IMG/VR virus record: IMGVR_UViG_3300038393_001696
DNA from: an uncultured virus (IMG/VR IMGVR_UViG_3300038393_001696)
Lineage: Duplodnaviria; Heunggongvirae; Uroviricota; Caudoviricetes
Reading direction: 5' to 3' (one strand)
Length of the DNA: 64,000 nt
The notes beneath the pieces were generated by a model. It saw only the letters and a program-made list of their open reading frames with translations. It ran no database searches and was not told the DNA's origin. How positions within the stretch are numbered: the first letter of the stretch is position 1; every line of letters begins with the position of its first letter. Below, one piece after another: positions 1 to 9,111 of the stretch. Both the position numbers and the translations under genes were made by a program.

Positions 1-245
1 GCGTAGTGGTTGCGGGCGAAGTCGGTCAGGTCAATCAGTCCATCATCGGTCCGGCGCAGCCAGCAGGTGTCGAAGGCGCGATTGAGCGCATCCAGGCGGC
101 GCGAAGGTACGAGGCCGAAGCTGCCGAGGCTGAACACCTCCTGCTCGGTCTTCGGGCCGGTTTCGTAGATCGCCTTGCCGGCGATGTAGCTGCCCTGCTG
201 CTTGTTGATTGGGATGCGCGGGCGGCATGCGGAAATGCGAGTCAT
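1..245 (-). CDS. Phage hypothetical protein (runs off the window edge), homolog of 53235-53618
   Basis: Manual translation from ATG 245: ...SYIAGKAIYETGPK...WLRRTDDGLIDLTDFARNHY, versus AYLAGALIYEEGSK...WLRRLPCGRIALTDAALAHY. Confidence 0.6.
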   Translation of the reverse strand, partial: MTRISACRPRIPINKQQGSYIAGKAIYETGPKTEQEVFSLGSFGLVPSRRLDALNRAFDTCWLRRTDDGLIDLTDFARNHY

Positions 246-928
246 GCTGCTTCCAGTATCAGTTGTTGCGGCCTTATCGACCGTTTGAGGTGAGGTGCAT
301 TGGCGTGAAATACAGCCAATGCGAATCCACGGGGCGTAGCACTTCGAATGTTGGCGCGCTCCGGACCGGGTGGGCACTTGTGGATGCGATCGTCCGGCGG
401 GCCAAGCGTCTCGTCGCGCTGCGGGGGCGGCATTACAAAATCGTTGCCCGTCCAGAGGCACGTGGTCTTGGTGTAGTTGTCGTCCGAGTAGAACCCGGTG
501 TAGTCGTCTGGGCTGAACGTGTGCGTAGCCTTGCCAAATATGCTGCTGAACACACTGACCGGGTTCTCGAAGAACCAAGGCGCTCCGGACAGCATGCCGA
601 CCATGCGGCATTGTTCGGCCACCAGCGCTGCTTTTGCCTGAAAGTGTTTGTCTTGCGCCGCCTTGGAGGCGAACCAGCGCGAACCTGAGACCGCTACGTC
701 GGTGCAAGGCGGGAATCCGGCCACGAATACCACGCGCTCGGCACGAATGATCTCGCCGAGTCGATTGGCAGCGCCAAGGATCGTATTCGAGATGCGCTCT
801 ACCCCCCCCTCGATCTTTGTCACCGGATGTTGCGGGTCAACCAATACAACCCGGTAACCAGCATCGAGCCACGGCTGCGGCATGCTCATGGTGAGATTGC
901 AAAGGAAAATTGCGACGCCACGGCTCAT
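242..928 (-). CDS. Phage DNA cytosine methyltransferase-like protein
   Basis: AGFPPCTD (motif IV PC) and FFENPVS (ENV-like motif VI); start placed at MSRGVAIF, ATG 928. Confidence 0.7.
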   Translation of the reverse strand: MSRGVAIFLCNLTMSMPQPWLDAGYRVVLVDPQHPVTKIEGGVERISNTILGAANRLGEIIRAERVVFVAGFPPCTDVAVSGSRWFASKAAQDKHFQAKAALVAEQCRMVGMLSGAPWFFENPVSVFSSIFGKATHTFSPDDYTGFYSDDNYTKTTCLWTGNDFVMPPPQRDETLGPPDDRIHKCPPGPERANIRSATPRGFALAVFHANAPHLKRSIRPQQLILEAA

Positions 929-1359
929 GCGCGAGCCTCCATCGACCGGCTCGCAAAGAACGCCGGCGGCAGTGCCCACGGATCTGGCGCCACCGGCTCG
1001 GAGCGGACACGGATCGCGTAATACGCGTCGTGGCGCAGCACGTGGAAGTGCCGACGTGGATCGCTCGGCAGCTTCTGGGGCTGTGGCTCCGGCGTCACCA
1101 CCTTTGCCAGGAACGACTCGATCACCCGCTCCTCGGCCGCGAGCGCGAACACGGGCGCACCAACAGCACCCGGCACGGCCGCCGGCAAACGGCGCGCGAG
1201 CGAGACTACGTTTGCCGCCTCGAGCACTTCGAAGTGGCGGCGCGCGGACCTGGAGCTCACGCCGAGCAGCCCGGCCGCAGCGCTGACCACCATCTCCCCA
1301 GTGCGCATTGCATCGATTAGGCGGCGCAGGTTGGCAATACGGCTTTCCGTGCGAGTCAT
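925..1359 (-). CDS. HTH-containing phage protein, homolog of 55602-56057
   Basis: RIANLRRL...AAAGLLGVSSRSARRH HTH-like segment; DPRRHFH...DPWALPPAFF tail shared with the prophage 2 gene. Confidence 0.6.
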   Translation of the reverse strand: MTRTESRIANLRRLIDAMRTGEMVVSAAAGLLGVSSRSARRHFEVLEAANVVSLARRLPAAVPGAVGAPVFALAAEERVIESFLAKVVTPEPQPQKLPSDPRRHFHVLRHDAYYAIRVRSEPVAPDPWALPPAFFASRSMEARA

Positions 1360-1823
1360 GCCGCACCCCACTTTTCTGCCGCGATCGCCGCAAACAGCGC
1401 CAGCACGTCACGGTAATGCTCGCTACTCGCGCAGAGCTCTGGATGGTCGCGCTCTTCCGCCAGGTATTTCGATGCGAACGCAGTGACTGCGCTAAGCAGC
1501 TGGGACGACGCCGGCGGCGTCGAATAGATCGGGTGCGCCCACGGGCCAAACGGTTCTGACGTGACGCAGACGACGCCAGCCCCGCCCCTTTTCAGATTGT
1601 CGATGGCGCCGCGGCGCACGTAGCCGAGCGGCCCGTGCTCGTCGATCTCAGCAAGTACGCCGGACAGGTGCGCGACGCATTCGTGCAGTTCGACGTCGCC
1701 TTCCGCCACGGTTTGCTGCGGGAGCCTGGCCAGGTACTGGCGCGCCAGATCGGTTGCCGCTCGCTTCGCCGGGAAGAGCTCGACCTGCTGGCGCAGGAAA
1801 GCCGGGAGATCGTTCGCGCTCAT
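1356..1823 (-). CDS. Phage hypothetical protein
   Basis: C-terminal YLAEERDHPELCA motif shared with 56054-56494; coupled to neighbouring genes. Confidence 0.6.
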   Translation of the reverse strand: MSANDLPAFLRQQVELFPAKRAATDLARQYLARLPQQTVAEGDVELHECVAHLSGVLAEIDEHGPLGYVRRGAIDNLKRGGAGVVCVTSEPFGPWAHPIYSTPPASSQLLSAVTAFASKYLAEERDHPELCASSEHYRDVLALFAAIAAEKWGAA

Positions 1824-2127
1824 GCCGGCACCTTCGGGCTTTGGCCTGCGGTAGTCTGCGCGCGCTCGATCGCGCGCTGCGCCTGGTGCCATGTGAGTCC
1901 GCTCAGCGCGATGCGCAGGTATGTGGAACGTGCCACAAGCCCCGCCGAGGGACTGGGTTGCGGTGGTATTCTTTTCATCGTGTTCTCCCTGGTGTTGGAT
2001 CGAAGGGCCTCGTGGCAGCGAGGCTCCTTCTACTTCTGCTGCTGTTGGTGCAGTTCTTCGTACTTCTTCTTGCTCATCACGTGTCCTGGTTCTGCCGGCA
2101 GTGGCGCCCCATCGGGCCGCACCCCGC

Positions 2128-2415
2128 TCACGCAGCCACTCTGGCCAAGGTCGACGCGTCGACCGGGCGGTACTTGTCGCGGCGGTCGCCCATCAGGTTG
2201 CGCAGGTCGCGGATGCTCATGCCCGTCACTTCGTGCATGCGGATCAGCAGCGAGGCGCCGACCGGAAGACGGTAGTGACGTACCTTGCTGATCACCGGCG
2301 GTGCGACTTCGAGCTTGCGCGCCAGCGCGGCGTCGTTCTTCAGCTGCAGCTTTCCAATCAGTTCGTCGAGCAGGTGGTTCGGGTTGTAACCATTGGTTGC
2401 AGTAGCTGTCGTCAT
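2128..2415 (-). CDS. Small HTH DNA-binding protein, homolog of 56651-56896
   Basis: NPNHLLD...LKNDAALARKLEVAPPVISKVRH; RBS GGAG upstream. Confidence 0.75.
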   Translation of the reverse strand: MTTATATNGYNPNHLLDELIGKLQLKNDAALARKLEVAPPVISKVRHYRLPVGASLLIRMHEVTGMSIRDLRNLMGDRRDKYRPVDASTLARVAA

Positions 2416-2440
2416 GTCAGTCTCCGAAATTGATGAATGG

Positions 2441-2830
2441 TTAAATTGCGAATCTGCGGACCGCGCGGGCGCGAAGCCTGGCCGACTTGCTGCTGGAGAG
2501 CTGGCCGCCGTAGCTGAAGTCCTGAACCCAGGCATAGCCGGCGAGGGCAGCGTGCTGCTCGCCTGACCAGTACCAGTCCGACTTGAACTCGCGCTGCAGG
2601 TTGGCGAACAGCAGCGCCTGTTCGCGGCGCGTCGGCAGCCCGCCGCCAGCCTTTGCAGCGAATTTCTTCGCCTCTTCCCACGTCACCGAGCCCGCCTCTC
2701 CCGGCAACAGAATCAGATGGTGGTCGGGCTGGCCCTCCACGCCGAGAAGCAGACCGGCATAGATTTCGCCCTGTTTCAGGTTTTCTTTCATCCACTCCGC
2801 CTTTGCGGTAGCTGCGCTGCTCATTGACAT
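2441..2830 (-). CDS. DGR target protein 2 (small C-type-lectin-fold, DUF1566-like)
   Basis: TWEEA...LPTRREQ...WYWS...RARAVRR C-lectin motifs; 3' end is a VR matching the TR. Confidence 0.9.
   Translation of the reverse strand: MSMSSAATAKAEWMKENLKQGEIYAGLLLGVEGQPDHHLILLPGEAGSVTWEEAKKFAAKAGGGLPTRREQALLFANLQREFKSDWYWSGEQHAALAGYAWVQDFSYGGQLSSSKSARLRARAVRRFAI
2454..2558 (-). repeat. DGR variable repeat VR2 (remote, opposite strand)
   Basis: 105-nt ungapped match to TR 9289-9393 with 16 mismatches, all at TR adenines. Confidence 0.95.
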
Positions 2831-2934
2831 ATCTTCGATCTCCTTCTTGGTCTTGATTAAGGTTGTGGACTTCCCTGGTGGTACTGTGTAATTAATGGGG
2901 AGCGCTCTTGGTGCGCACCGCGCAAAACAAACGG

Positions 2935-3540
2935 TCAGCCGACCGAGCGCAGTTTTGCCACGGCCGACCTGCCGGCGCGAGCGATGATGCTGCGGATGTC
3001 GCGCGCCGCGCGGCGGCTTGCCTCTTCGGCCTCCTCGACCTCGCGAAGCGCGGTCTGGAGTACCTCAACTGGTGCGTCCGCGCGCACGTCGGCCAGCGCA
3101 ACGACTGCCTCGCTGCTCTCCTTGGCGACAGACTTCAGGTCATCCCTGGGATCGATCGCCGCGTCGTCGGGCAGCTCGTCAGCGATACGGGCCGCGACAC
3201 CGAGTGGACGGAGAATTTGGTTCAGCACGTGAAGGCGACGGTTCTCCGGCAGCGCTGCGAGCATCGTCGGCAGCATGTTGGAGCCGAGCAGGTTGTTATC
3301 CTTGTTGACGTCATCGAGCCAGCGGTTAATGCGCTCGCAGTGCGCCTTAGCCTGGGTGAAAGCATCTTTGCTGCCCGAGTCAAATTCGACTCCCGTCAAG
3401 CGATCAGCGCCAATCGAAACGTGCGCATCGACGATGTGCAGCGCCAGGGCTTCGCGGCTCCAACCCTGCTCACGCCGGAAGGCCTCGAACTCGTCGCGAA
3501 GGATTCCGATGACCGTCTTGCTGTGTGCTTCGTTCCACAT
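2935..3540 (-). CDS. CII-like regulatory protein, homolog of 57001-57597
   Basis: Directly downstream of cro; SREALA...RWLDD...KESSEAVVAL motifs shared with prophage 2. Confidence 0.6.
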   Translation of the reverse strand: MWNEAHSKTVIGILRDEFEAFRREQGWSREALALHIVDAHVSIGADRLTGVEFDSGSKDAFTQAKAHCERINRWLDDVNKDNNLLGSNMLPTMLAALPENRRLHVLNQILRPLGVAARIADELPDDAAIDPRDDLKSVAKESSEAVVALADVRADAPVEVLQTALREVEEAEEASRRAARDIRSIIARAGRSAVAKLRSVG

Positions 3541-3669
3541 GACTTTTTCCTTTTTGAAATCTAATCTGGCAACACTCATCAATTACTGCTGGAGATCTGC
3601 GTGCCGACTGCCCTCACCATCCCTGCTTGCTTGCGCCGCACGCTACTCCTGTTGACACAGCACAAAGCC

Positions 3670-3948
3670 CTATTGCGCGATGCTGGATACGCTTTGCGGT
3701 CTGCGCCGGCCTCGATTCGGCGACTCTTTGGTGGCCAGCTCTGGCCAAATCGTTTGCCAAACTTCGGGAAACATCTCGCGCCGGGTCACCATGCCGCCGG
3801 TCTTGAGCTCGATCGAGGCACCGAATCGAATAGGAATCGGTCGTTCTCCGGTTGACCACTTGTAGACGTCGGGCGGATGGGCGCCAATGGCCTTCGCAAG
3901 CTTTGTCAGCCGGCCGCGCTCTTCGGAGAGGTATTGGGAAAGGTTCAT
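3670..3948 (-). CDS. cro: Cro-like (YdaS family) regulator
   Basis: HTH LAKAIGAHPPDVYKW, IELKTGGMVTRREMFP..IWPEL; divergent from the repressor. Confidence 0.8.
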   Translation of the reverse strand: MNLSQYLSEERGRLTKLAKAIGAHPPDVYKWSTGERPIPIRFGASIELKTGGMVTRREMFPEVWQTIWPELATKESPNRGRRRPQSVSSIAQ

Positions 3949-3956
3949 GCGCTCAG

Positions 3957-4032
3957 TTTAGCCTAAGGCTAAAGTCTTGCGCAAGAAAAAGTTTAGCCTT
4001 CTGCTGATATCGCTTTTTAGCTAATTGCTAAA
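3957..4032. promoter_or_regulatory. Prophage 1 OR-like operators (three 17-bp imperfect palindromes)
   Basis: TTTAGCCTAAGGCTAAA 3957, TTTAGCCTTCTGCTGAT 3992, TTTAGCTAATTGCTAAA 4016. Confidence 0.8.
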
Positions 4033-4042
4033 TAATATTGGG

Positions 4043-4474
4043 ATGAAAACAATTGACCAGATACGACGCGACAACCTGCAGGCCCTCGTTGATGAGTACG
4101 GGTCGGCCGCCGCAGTTGTGAGTGCGATCGGGTGTAGCGCTTCGCAGTTCAGCCAGTGGCTAAATGCATCACAAAACAGCGGCACGGGGAAGCCGCGAGG
4201 AATCGCCACGGCATCATGCCGTCGGATCGAGAAGGCGACAAACAAGCCGGTCGGCTGGATGGATAAGGAGCATCCAGCAGGCCAAGCCGGGGCTCAGCTG
4301 GCGGTGATTACTCCGCCTGAGCGCGAAACCAGAATGATCCTGGCATACGATGACGAAATAGCCCTTCTTGACCTTTACCGCCGATCAGACGAACGCGGGA
4401 AGCGGGAAATATTCAACTCAGGCCGCATCGAGGCTGATCGGACTAGTGCTGAAGTTGCTTCGCACAAGCGATAG
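4043..4474 (+). CDS. Phage repressor (N-terminal HTH, no S24 autocleavage domain)
   Basis: IRRDNLQAL...IGCSASQFSQW...CRRIEKATNKPVGWMD; divergent from cro across the operators. Confidence 0.8.
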   Translation: MKTIDQIRRDNLQALVDEYGSAAAVVSAIGCSASQFSQWLNASQNSGTGKPRGIATASCRRIEKATNKPVGWMDKEHPAGQAGAQLAVITPPERETRMILAYDDEIALLDLYRRSDERGKREIFNSGRIEADRTSAEVASHKR

Positions 4475-4609
4475 ACGCACCGGCTGCTTGACCTCGGGGT
4501 AATCAACTGACGTCAGAATTGCGCGAGCGAGCGTCGTACTTCTTCCGCGCTCGTCTGATGCCCTGTAAGCCGCCAGCAGTTGCTCCTCTTCCGCGTTCTC
4601 CGTCATCAT
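4418..4609 (-). CDS. Small protein resembling the repressor C-terminal segment
   Basis: EEQLLAAYRASDERGR versus repressor EIALLDLYRRSDERGK. Confidence 0.55.
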   Translation of the reverse strand: MMTENAEEEQLLAAYRASDERGRSTTLARAILTSVDYPEVKQPVRLSLVRSNFSTSPISLDAA

Positions 4610-4807
4610 TACCATATCTTAACGAGCCTTGCGCAAAACACAATGTACATGGTAGGAATCCTCCTACAAAGAATCCCCGCAACACCGCAATTTACCACCT
4701 CGCAGCCGGCATAAAAATCACAAATTTCCACACATTCATCTATATGATGCCACCAACATGGTGGCACTTCCACCCCTGGAAGTCTCGGCAAGTGAAAAAA
4801 TAGGGCG

Positions 4808-5035
4808 ATGCCGAATCCGCCCAGAAGAACAAAAAGTCAAGACGAATACGCCAAACTCACCGTGCGACTTCCGCGTGACCTTTACGAACACCTATCGCGG
4901 GAAGCATCGCGCCATGGGCAGTCGCTCAACGCCCATATAGTCACCAGGCTGCGTGAGAACGAACTCGGCCAGATCCGCTCCGAACTTGATGACGTCAATT
5001 CCACTCTTCGTAAAATCCTTGATGCGGTAACTTGA
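4808..5035 (+). CDS. Arc-family ribbon-helix-helix protein
   Basis: LTVRLPRDLYEHLSREASRHGQSLNAHIVTRL. Confidence 0.8.
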   Translation: MPNPPRRTKSQDEYAKLTVRLPRDLYEHLSREASRHGQSLNAHIVTRLRENELGQIRSELDDVNSTLRKILDAVT

Positions 5036-5434
5036 TCATTTAGTTACATTCGGAATAAATTTCCGTCGAAAATTACATTATAGAAATCTGCTCCGAGGCG
5101 ATATTTACAGACTGTTTCACCTCGATGCAACAGCTGTCGCTCAGCAGCCACAAGCGACGCACTCTCTGGCTAAGACCGCCCGGGCGATCAGCTGTCTTGC
5201 GCGCTAATCCCCTCCCTACTACCTCGCCACGAAACGACCTTCGCCGCAACGGTACTCCCCTCAGTGCTTTCCACATTACAACTAGATCGCGTCAATATAT
5301 GTCGTGCATCTGTATTGAACACTGACGTAAGCTGAACTCCAGACTTGGGAGCAGCCACATCTCACCCAGCCACTGCTACTCCTCACCTAATTGCCACCGC
5401 GCTTAGGACGTGCCCTCTACTTCAATTTTCACAC

Positions 5435-5488
5435 TTTAGCCTGAAGCTAAATTTATTGTTGACTCGAAGTTTAGCCTTAGGCTAATAT
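5435..5488 (+). promoter_or_regulatory. Prophage 1 OL-like operators overlapping a PL-like promoter
   Basis: TTTAGCCTGAAGCTAAA 5435, TTTAGCCTTAGGCTAAT 5470; TTGACT 5459 and TAATAT 5483. Confidence 0.75.
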
Positions 5489-5526
5489 GAGTAAACAACG
5501 CGGCAATCACACCAGTGGAGGCAGCC

Positions 5527-5685
5527 ATGCAATCGAATCACCCGTCGAAGCACGCCGTGAGGGAATACATGGCCAAGCGCCATCGGGAAAGGACGCCGCC
5601 GCCATCGCCGGAACAAATCAGGCGCGAGCTGTGCTGGCACCTGGTAGAGGCGGAGCGTCAGGTAAATAGGATGACGAGGAAATGA
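5527..5685 (+). CDS. Small conserved early protein, homolog of 60161-60325
   Basis: HPSK..VREYM..RTPPPSPEQIRREL.WHL in both prophages; GGAGG RBS; below the ORF-track size cutoff. Confidence 0.7.
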   Translation: MQSNHPSKHAVREYMAKRHRERTPPPSPEQIRRELCWHLVEAERQVNRMTRK

Positions 5686-6110
5686 GCGCGGAACGAATCG
5701 ACCCGAACAGCCGGGAATACCTGCAGCAGCTGTTAAAAGCAGAGGCCGAACTGGCAGAGGCCAAAGGCTACTACAAGGTGCGGCTGCCGGGCATCGAGTC
5801 GATGACGAGGCTTACCCCGCTCTACCCGACCAGGCGGGATGCGACCGGCGGGTTCAGCCCTCATTCGCTACCGCGATGGCGACGCGAGTGGCACGACGGC
5901 GGCAAGCTGATTGGCGAATGCCGGTTGAGCTTGGCGTATGGAGAAACTGCGATCACCGCGTTCACAGCAACCGGCAGGCATTGCGGAATCGCCAAGTGGG
6001 CCGAGCATCCGACCAAAGACAACGCGATTCTCTCCGCGATCGTCGAGGCGGCGACGTCGTATTTCAAGGCGCTGCGCGAAGCGGAGAACAACGAGAGGAG
6101 CAAGGCATGA
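5682..6110 (+). CDS. Phage hypothetical protein
   Basis: ORF with ATGA coupling in the early operon. Confidence 0.55.
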   Translation: MSAERIDPNSREYLQQLLKAEAELAEAKGYYKVRLPGIESMTRLTPLYPTRRDATGGFSPHSLPRWRREWHDGGKLIGECRLSLAYGETAITAFTATGRHCGIAKWAEHPTKDNAILSAIVEAATSYFKALREAENNERSKA

Positions 6111-6627
6111 GATACCTAATCACGGCGAAGTACGAGAACGGCGCGACGCAGCGCTATGTAGGCATCGGCGACCGAGATGCGCTGATGGACGCCATCTACG
6201 ACGACGGTGCCCTGATTCTCAGCTTCATGCCGCTGCCGTGATCCGCACGATCGCTCAAGCGCTGGTCATTACCTTCGGGCTCCTGCTTCTCTGCGCCGAG
6301 GCTGATCGCATGGATTCTCAACCCCAACCTGTCGAGGTGTCGCAATGAGGCTCTATCTCTGTTTCGGGTGCATGACGATTCTCGCACTCCTGGTCGTGAT
6401 ATCCCAGGGCGATACGGTCACCGACTACGCACGATGCCAGGGGCAGACCGCGTATGCGCAAGCACGTCCTGTGACTTGGCCGGATCTCGAGCGCCTGCCC
6501 GTGCGTTGGCCGCAATGAGCTTTCTGAGCCAAGTTGTGCGGAACCGGAGATGCGGGCTCTGGTGGCGCCATGCAGTCAAGGCCGCAGTGCTGAATAAGCA
6601 GATTTCAAAACTCAGGGAGAGACAACA

Positions 6628-6969
6628 ATGAAAGCAGTTGAAGCAGGCATTTTGCGGGTCGCGGTGCTTGGAGCTGGCGCAGTCCTTCCGAATGCGTATT
6701 CGACCGGGATCGTGACGACCGTCGATCGGGAAGCGGAGCGTACCCGGCTGCAGGGCTGCGCCGACCGCCTTCTGAAAGATGCTCGCGAGTCCGGAATTCG
6801 CGGGTGCGCGTCGATTGCCGGCGGCGTGATCGAGATGATCGAGATCGCGGGGCCGGACGACAACGAGATCATCGGGCTGGTCGCCCAGTGCTACGACATG
6901 ACGCCGGCCGAGGCAATCGAGCGCCTTGCATCGATCGATTTCGCACGAGCTCGCGCCGAACTGGCGTAA
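6628..6969 (+). CDS. Phage hypothetical protein
   Basis: GGGAG RBS; position in operon. Confidence 0.55.
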   Translation: MKAVEAGILRVAVLGAGAVLPNAYSTGIVTTVDREAERTRLQGCADRLLKDARESGIRGCASIAGGVIEMIEIAGPDDNEIIGLVAQCYDMTPAEAIERLASIDFARARAELA

Positions 6970-7007
6970 GCGACTCGGCAAGAATAACCACAACACCAAG
7001 GACAACG

Positions 7008-7904
7008 ATGTTTTTCCAGAACCTCCAGCTTTATCGCGTGCCCGCGCCTTGGGCATTCACTCCCGAACAACTCGATGAATCGCTCAAGCAACAGCGCTTT
7101 GCTCCAGCCGGCAGTAACGAACTGCTGCGCATGGGCTGGGATTCGCCGCGGAAGAACGGCCAGCTCGTGCACGTCGTCAACAAGCAGATGCTGCTGGTGC
7201 TCGGCACCGAGAAGAAGCTGCTGCCGAGCTCGGTGATCAACCAGGTCGCGAAGGCGAAGGCGGCCGAACTGGAAGAGCAGCAGGGCTTCCCGCCGGGCAA
7301 GAAGGCGATGAAGGAACTGAAGGAGCGCGTGGCCGACGAGCTGCTGCCGCGCGCATTCTCGATCCGCGGCAACGTTTGGGTCTGGATCGATCCGGTCAAC
7401 GGCTGGCTGGTGGTCGATGCGGCCAGCCCGGCCAAGGCGGACGACGTGATCAAGCTGCTGCTCAAGGCGGTGGACCGCATGCCGCTGGAATCGCTGCGCG
7501 TGCAGCGATCGCCGGTGGCGGTGATGACCGGCTGGCTGGAATCGGACGAGGCGCCGTACGGCTTCACGATCGACCAGGACGCGAAGCTGCGCTCCGCCGG
7601 CGAAAGCAAGGCCGAGATTGGCTACAAGCGCCATACCCTCGAGGCGGATGACATGCGCCGCCACATCGCAGCCGGCAAACAGTGCACTCGTCTGGCGCTG
7701 ACCTGGAACAGCCGCATCTCTTTCGTGCTGACCGACAGCCTCGCGCTCAAGGTTGTCAAGCCGCTCGACGTCATCCGCGAGAGCGCGGCAACCCCGTACA
7801 GCGATGACGAACGCTTCGACAACGACTTCGTGCTGATGACCGGCGAATACGCCAGGATGCTCGCAGATCTGGTCGATGCGATGGGCGGGGAGGCGAAGGC
7901 GTGA
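7008..7904 (+). CDS. rdgC: Recombination-associated protein RdgC
   Basis: MFFQNLQLYR...EKKLLPSSVI...LLPRAFS...GKQCTRLALTW...FDNDFVLM. Confidence 0.92.
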   Translation: MFFQNLQLYRVPAPWAFTPEQLDESLKQQRFAPAGSNELLRMGWDSPRKNGQLVHVVNKQMLLVLGTEKKLLPSSVINQVAKAKAAELEEQQGFPPGKKAMKELKERVADELLPRAFSIRGNVWVWIDPVNGWLVVDAASPAKADDVIKLLLKAVDRMPLESLRVQRSPVAVMTGWLESDEAPYGFTIDQDAKLRSAGESKAEIGYKRHTLEADDMRRHIAAGKQCTRLALTWNSRISFVLTDSLALKVVKPLDVIRESAATPYSDDERFDNDFVLMTGEYARMLADLVDAMGGEAKA

Positions 7905-8125
7905 CGAAGCAGGAAACCGAGGCGGAGCGCCTGGAGCGGTTGGACCGTGAAGCCAGCCGCGTCTACCGGGCGCAGCGCTTCTCGGGCGGGAAGACATCCA
8001 AGCGGTACCGACTCGATATGGAAGAAGTATCCCGTCCGACCGCTGCAGCACCGCCAAAAGGCGCAACTGGTAACGACATCAAGCAGTAATTTTAAGCAGA
8101 TTAACACTCACAACAAGGAGAAAAC

Positions 8126-8740
8126 GTGAACACCCAGGTCCAGAACACCCTGCCGGAGATCGGCTCTTCACTGGAAGGCGGCTTTTACGCCGGCCGGATC
8201 CAGATCGATGGCATTCTCTATGCGCTGATCGTCGCGCCGAAGGTGGAAGGCGAACGGGATGGCGTCGCGTGGCTCGAATCCGAGCAGCGCGTCGCTGATG
8301 CCAACAGCTACAACAACGGCATGCTGAACACGCGCGCCATGCTCGAAGCCGGAAGCGAGGTGGCTCAATGGGCACACGGCCTGGCTATCGGCGGCTACAC
8401 CGACTGGTATATCCCGAGCCAGGACGAACTCGAGATCATCTATCGCAATCTGAAGCCAACCGCAGAGACTAACTCGCTGTACGGCCGAAGTGGCGTGAAT
8501 ATCTCGGCGCCCCCGCCTACCTTCGCCTACAACCGCGAACTGCCGGCCAAGACGACGGCTGAAGGTTTTGCTGCGGGCGGCGAGCATGCCTTTGCTGACG
8601 AATGGTACTGGTCGTCCACGCAGAACGCTGCCTACGACGACTTTGCCTGGGGTCAGCTCTTCGTCATCGGCAACCAGGGCTACATCCCCAAGTCGGCCAG
8701 GCGTCGCGCCCGCGCGGTCCGCAGATTAACCATTCAGTAA
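8126..8740 (+). CDS. DGR target protein 1 (DUF1566-like C-type-lectin fold)
   Basis: GGFYAGRI...GGYTDWYIPSQDELE...WYWSSTQ...RARAVRR; carries VR1; directly upstream of avd. Confidence 0.92.
   Translation: MNTQVQNTLPEIGSSLEGGFYAGRIQIDGILYALIVAPKVEGERDGVAWLESEQRVADANSYNNGMLNTRAMLEAGSEVAQWAHGLAIGGYTDWYIPSQDELEIIYRNLKPTAETNSLYGRSGVNISAPPPTFAYNRELPAKTTAEGFAAGGEHAFADEWYWSSTQNAAYDDFAWGQLFVIGNQGYIPKSARRRARAVRRLTIQ
8619..8724 (+). repeat. DGR variable repeat VR1
   Basis: 106-nt ungapped match to TR 9288-9393: 14 mismatches at TR adenines, 2 at non-A positions. Confidence 0.95.
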
Positions 8741-8757
8741 TTTAGTCCTTTCTCAGC

Positions 8758-9111
8758 ATGGCACTCCACACCAACCTGCCGATCTACAAGGTCGCCTACG
8801 ATCTCCTGGTGCTCGTCGCTAACCTGTCGAAGAACATGCCGCGCGACTTCAAGGCATCAATCGGCGGCAAGCTTCGCGACGAGACCGTCGAGATCGTGAC
8901 CTTGATCTTTCGCGCCAACGTGGCGCGTGAGAAGGCTCGCCATCTAGATGCGCTGATCGAGCGCGTGCAGGTGGCTGAACTGCTGCTGCGGGTGGCGCGC
9001 GACATGCGCCTCATCGCGGTGAAGCAGTATGCCAGCGCGATCGAGCTGACTACCAGCGTCAGCAAGCAGGCCAATGGATGGCGCCGTTCCGCAATGCCGC
9101 CCGCTTCATGA
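8758..9111 (+). CDS. avd: DGR accessory variability determinant (four-helix-bundle Avd)
   Basis: LPIYKVAYDL...MPRDFKASIGGKL...IFRAN...SKQANGW; lies between target and TR. Confidence 0.9.
   Translation: MALHTNLPIYKVAYDLLVLVANLSKNMPRDFKASIGGKLRDETVEIVTLIFRANVAREKARHLDALIERVQVAELLLRVARDMRLIAVKQYASAIELTTSVSKQANGWRRSAMPPAS

Noticed and set aside
2882..2900. LexA SOS box upstream of DGR target 2
   Set aside because: TACTGTGTAATT gives only the left half-site; no ACAG at the required spacing
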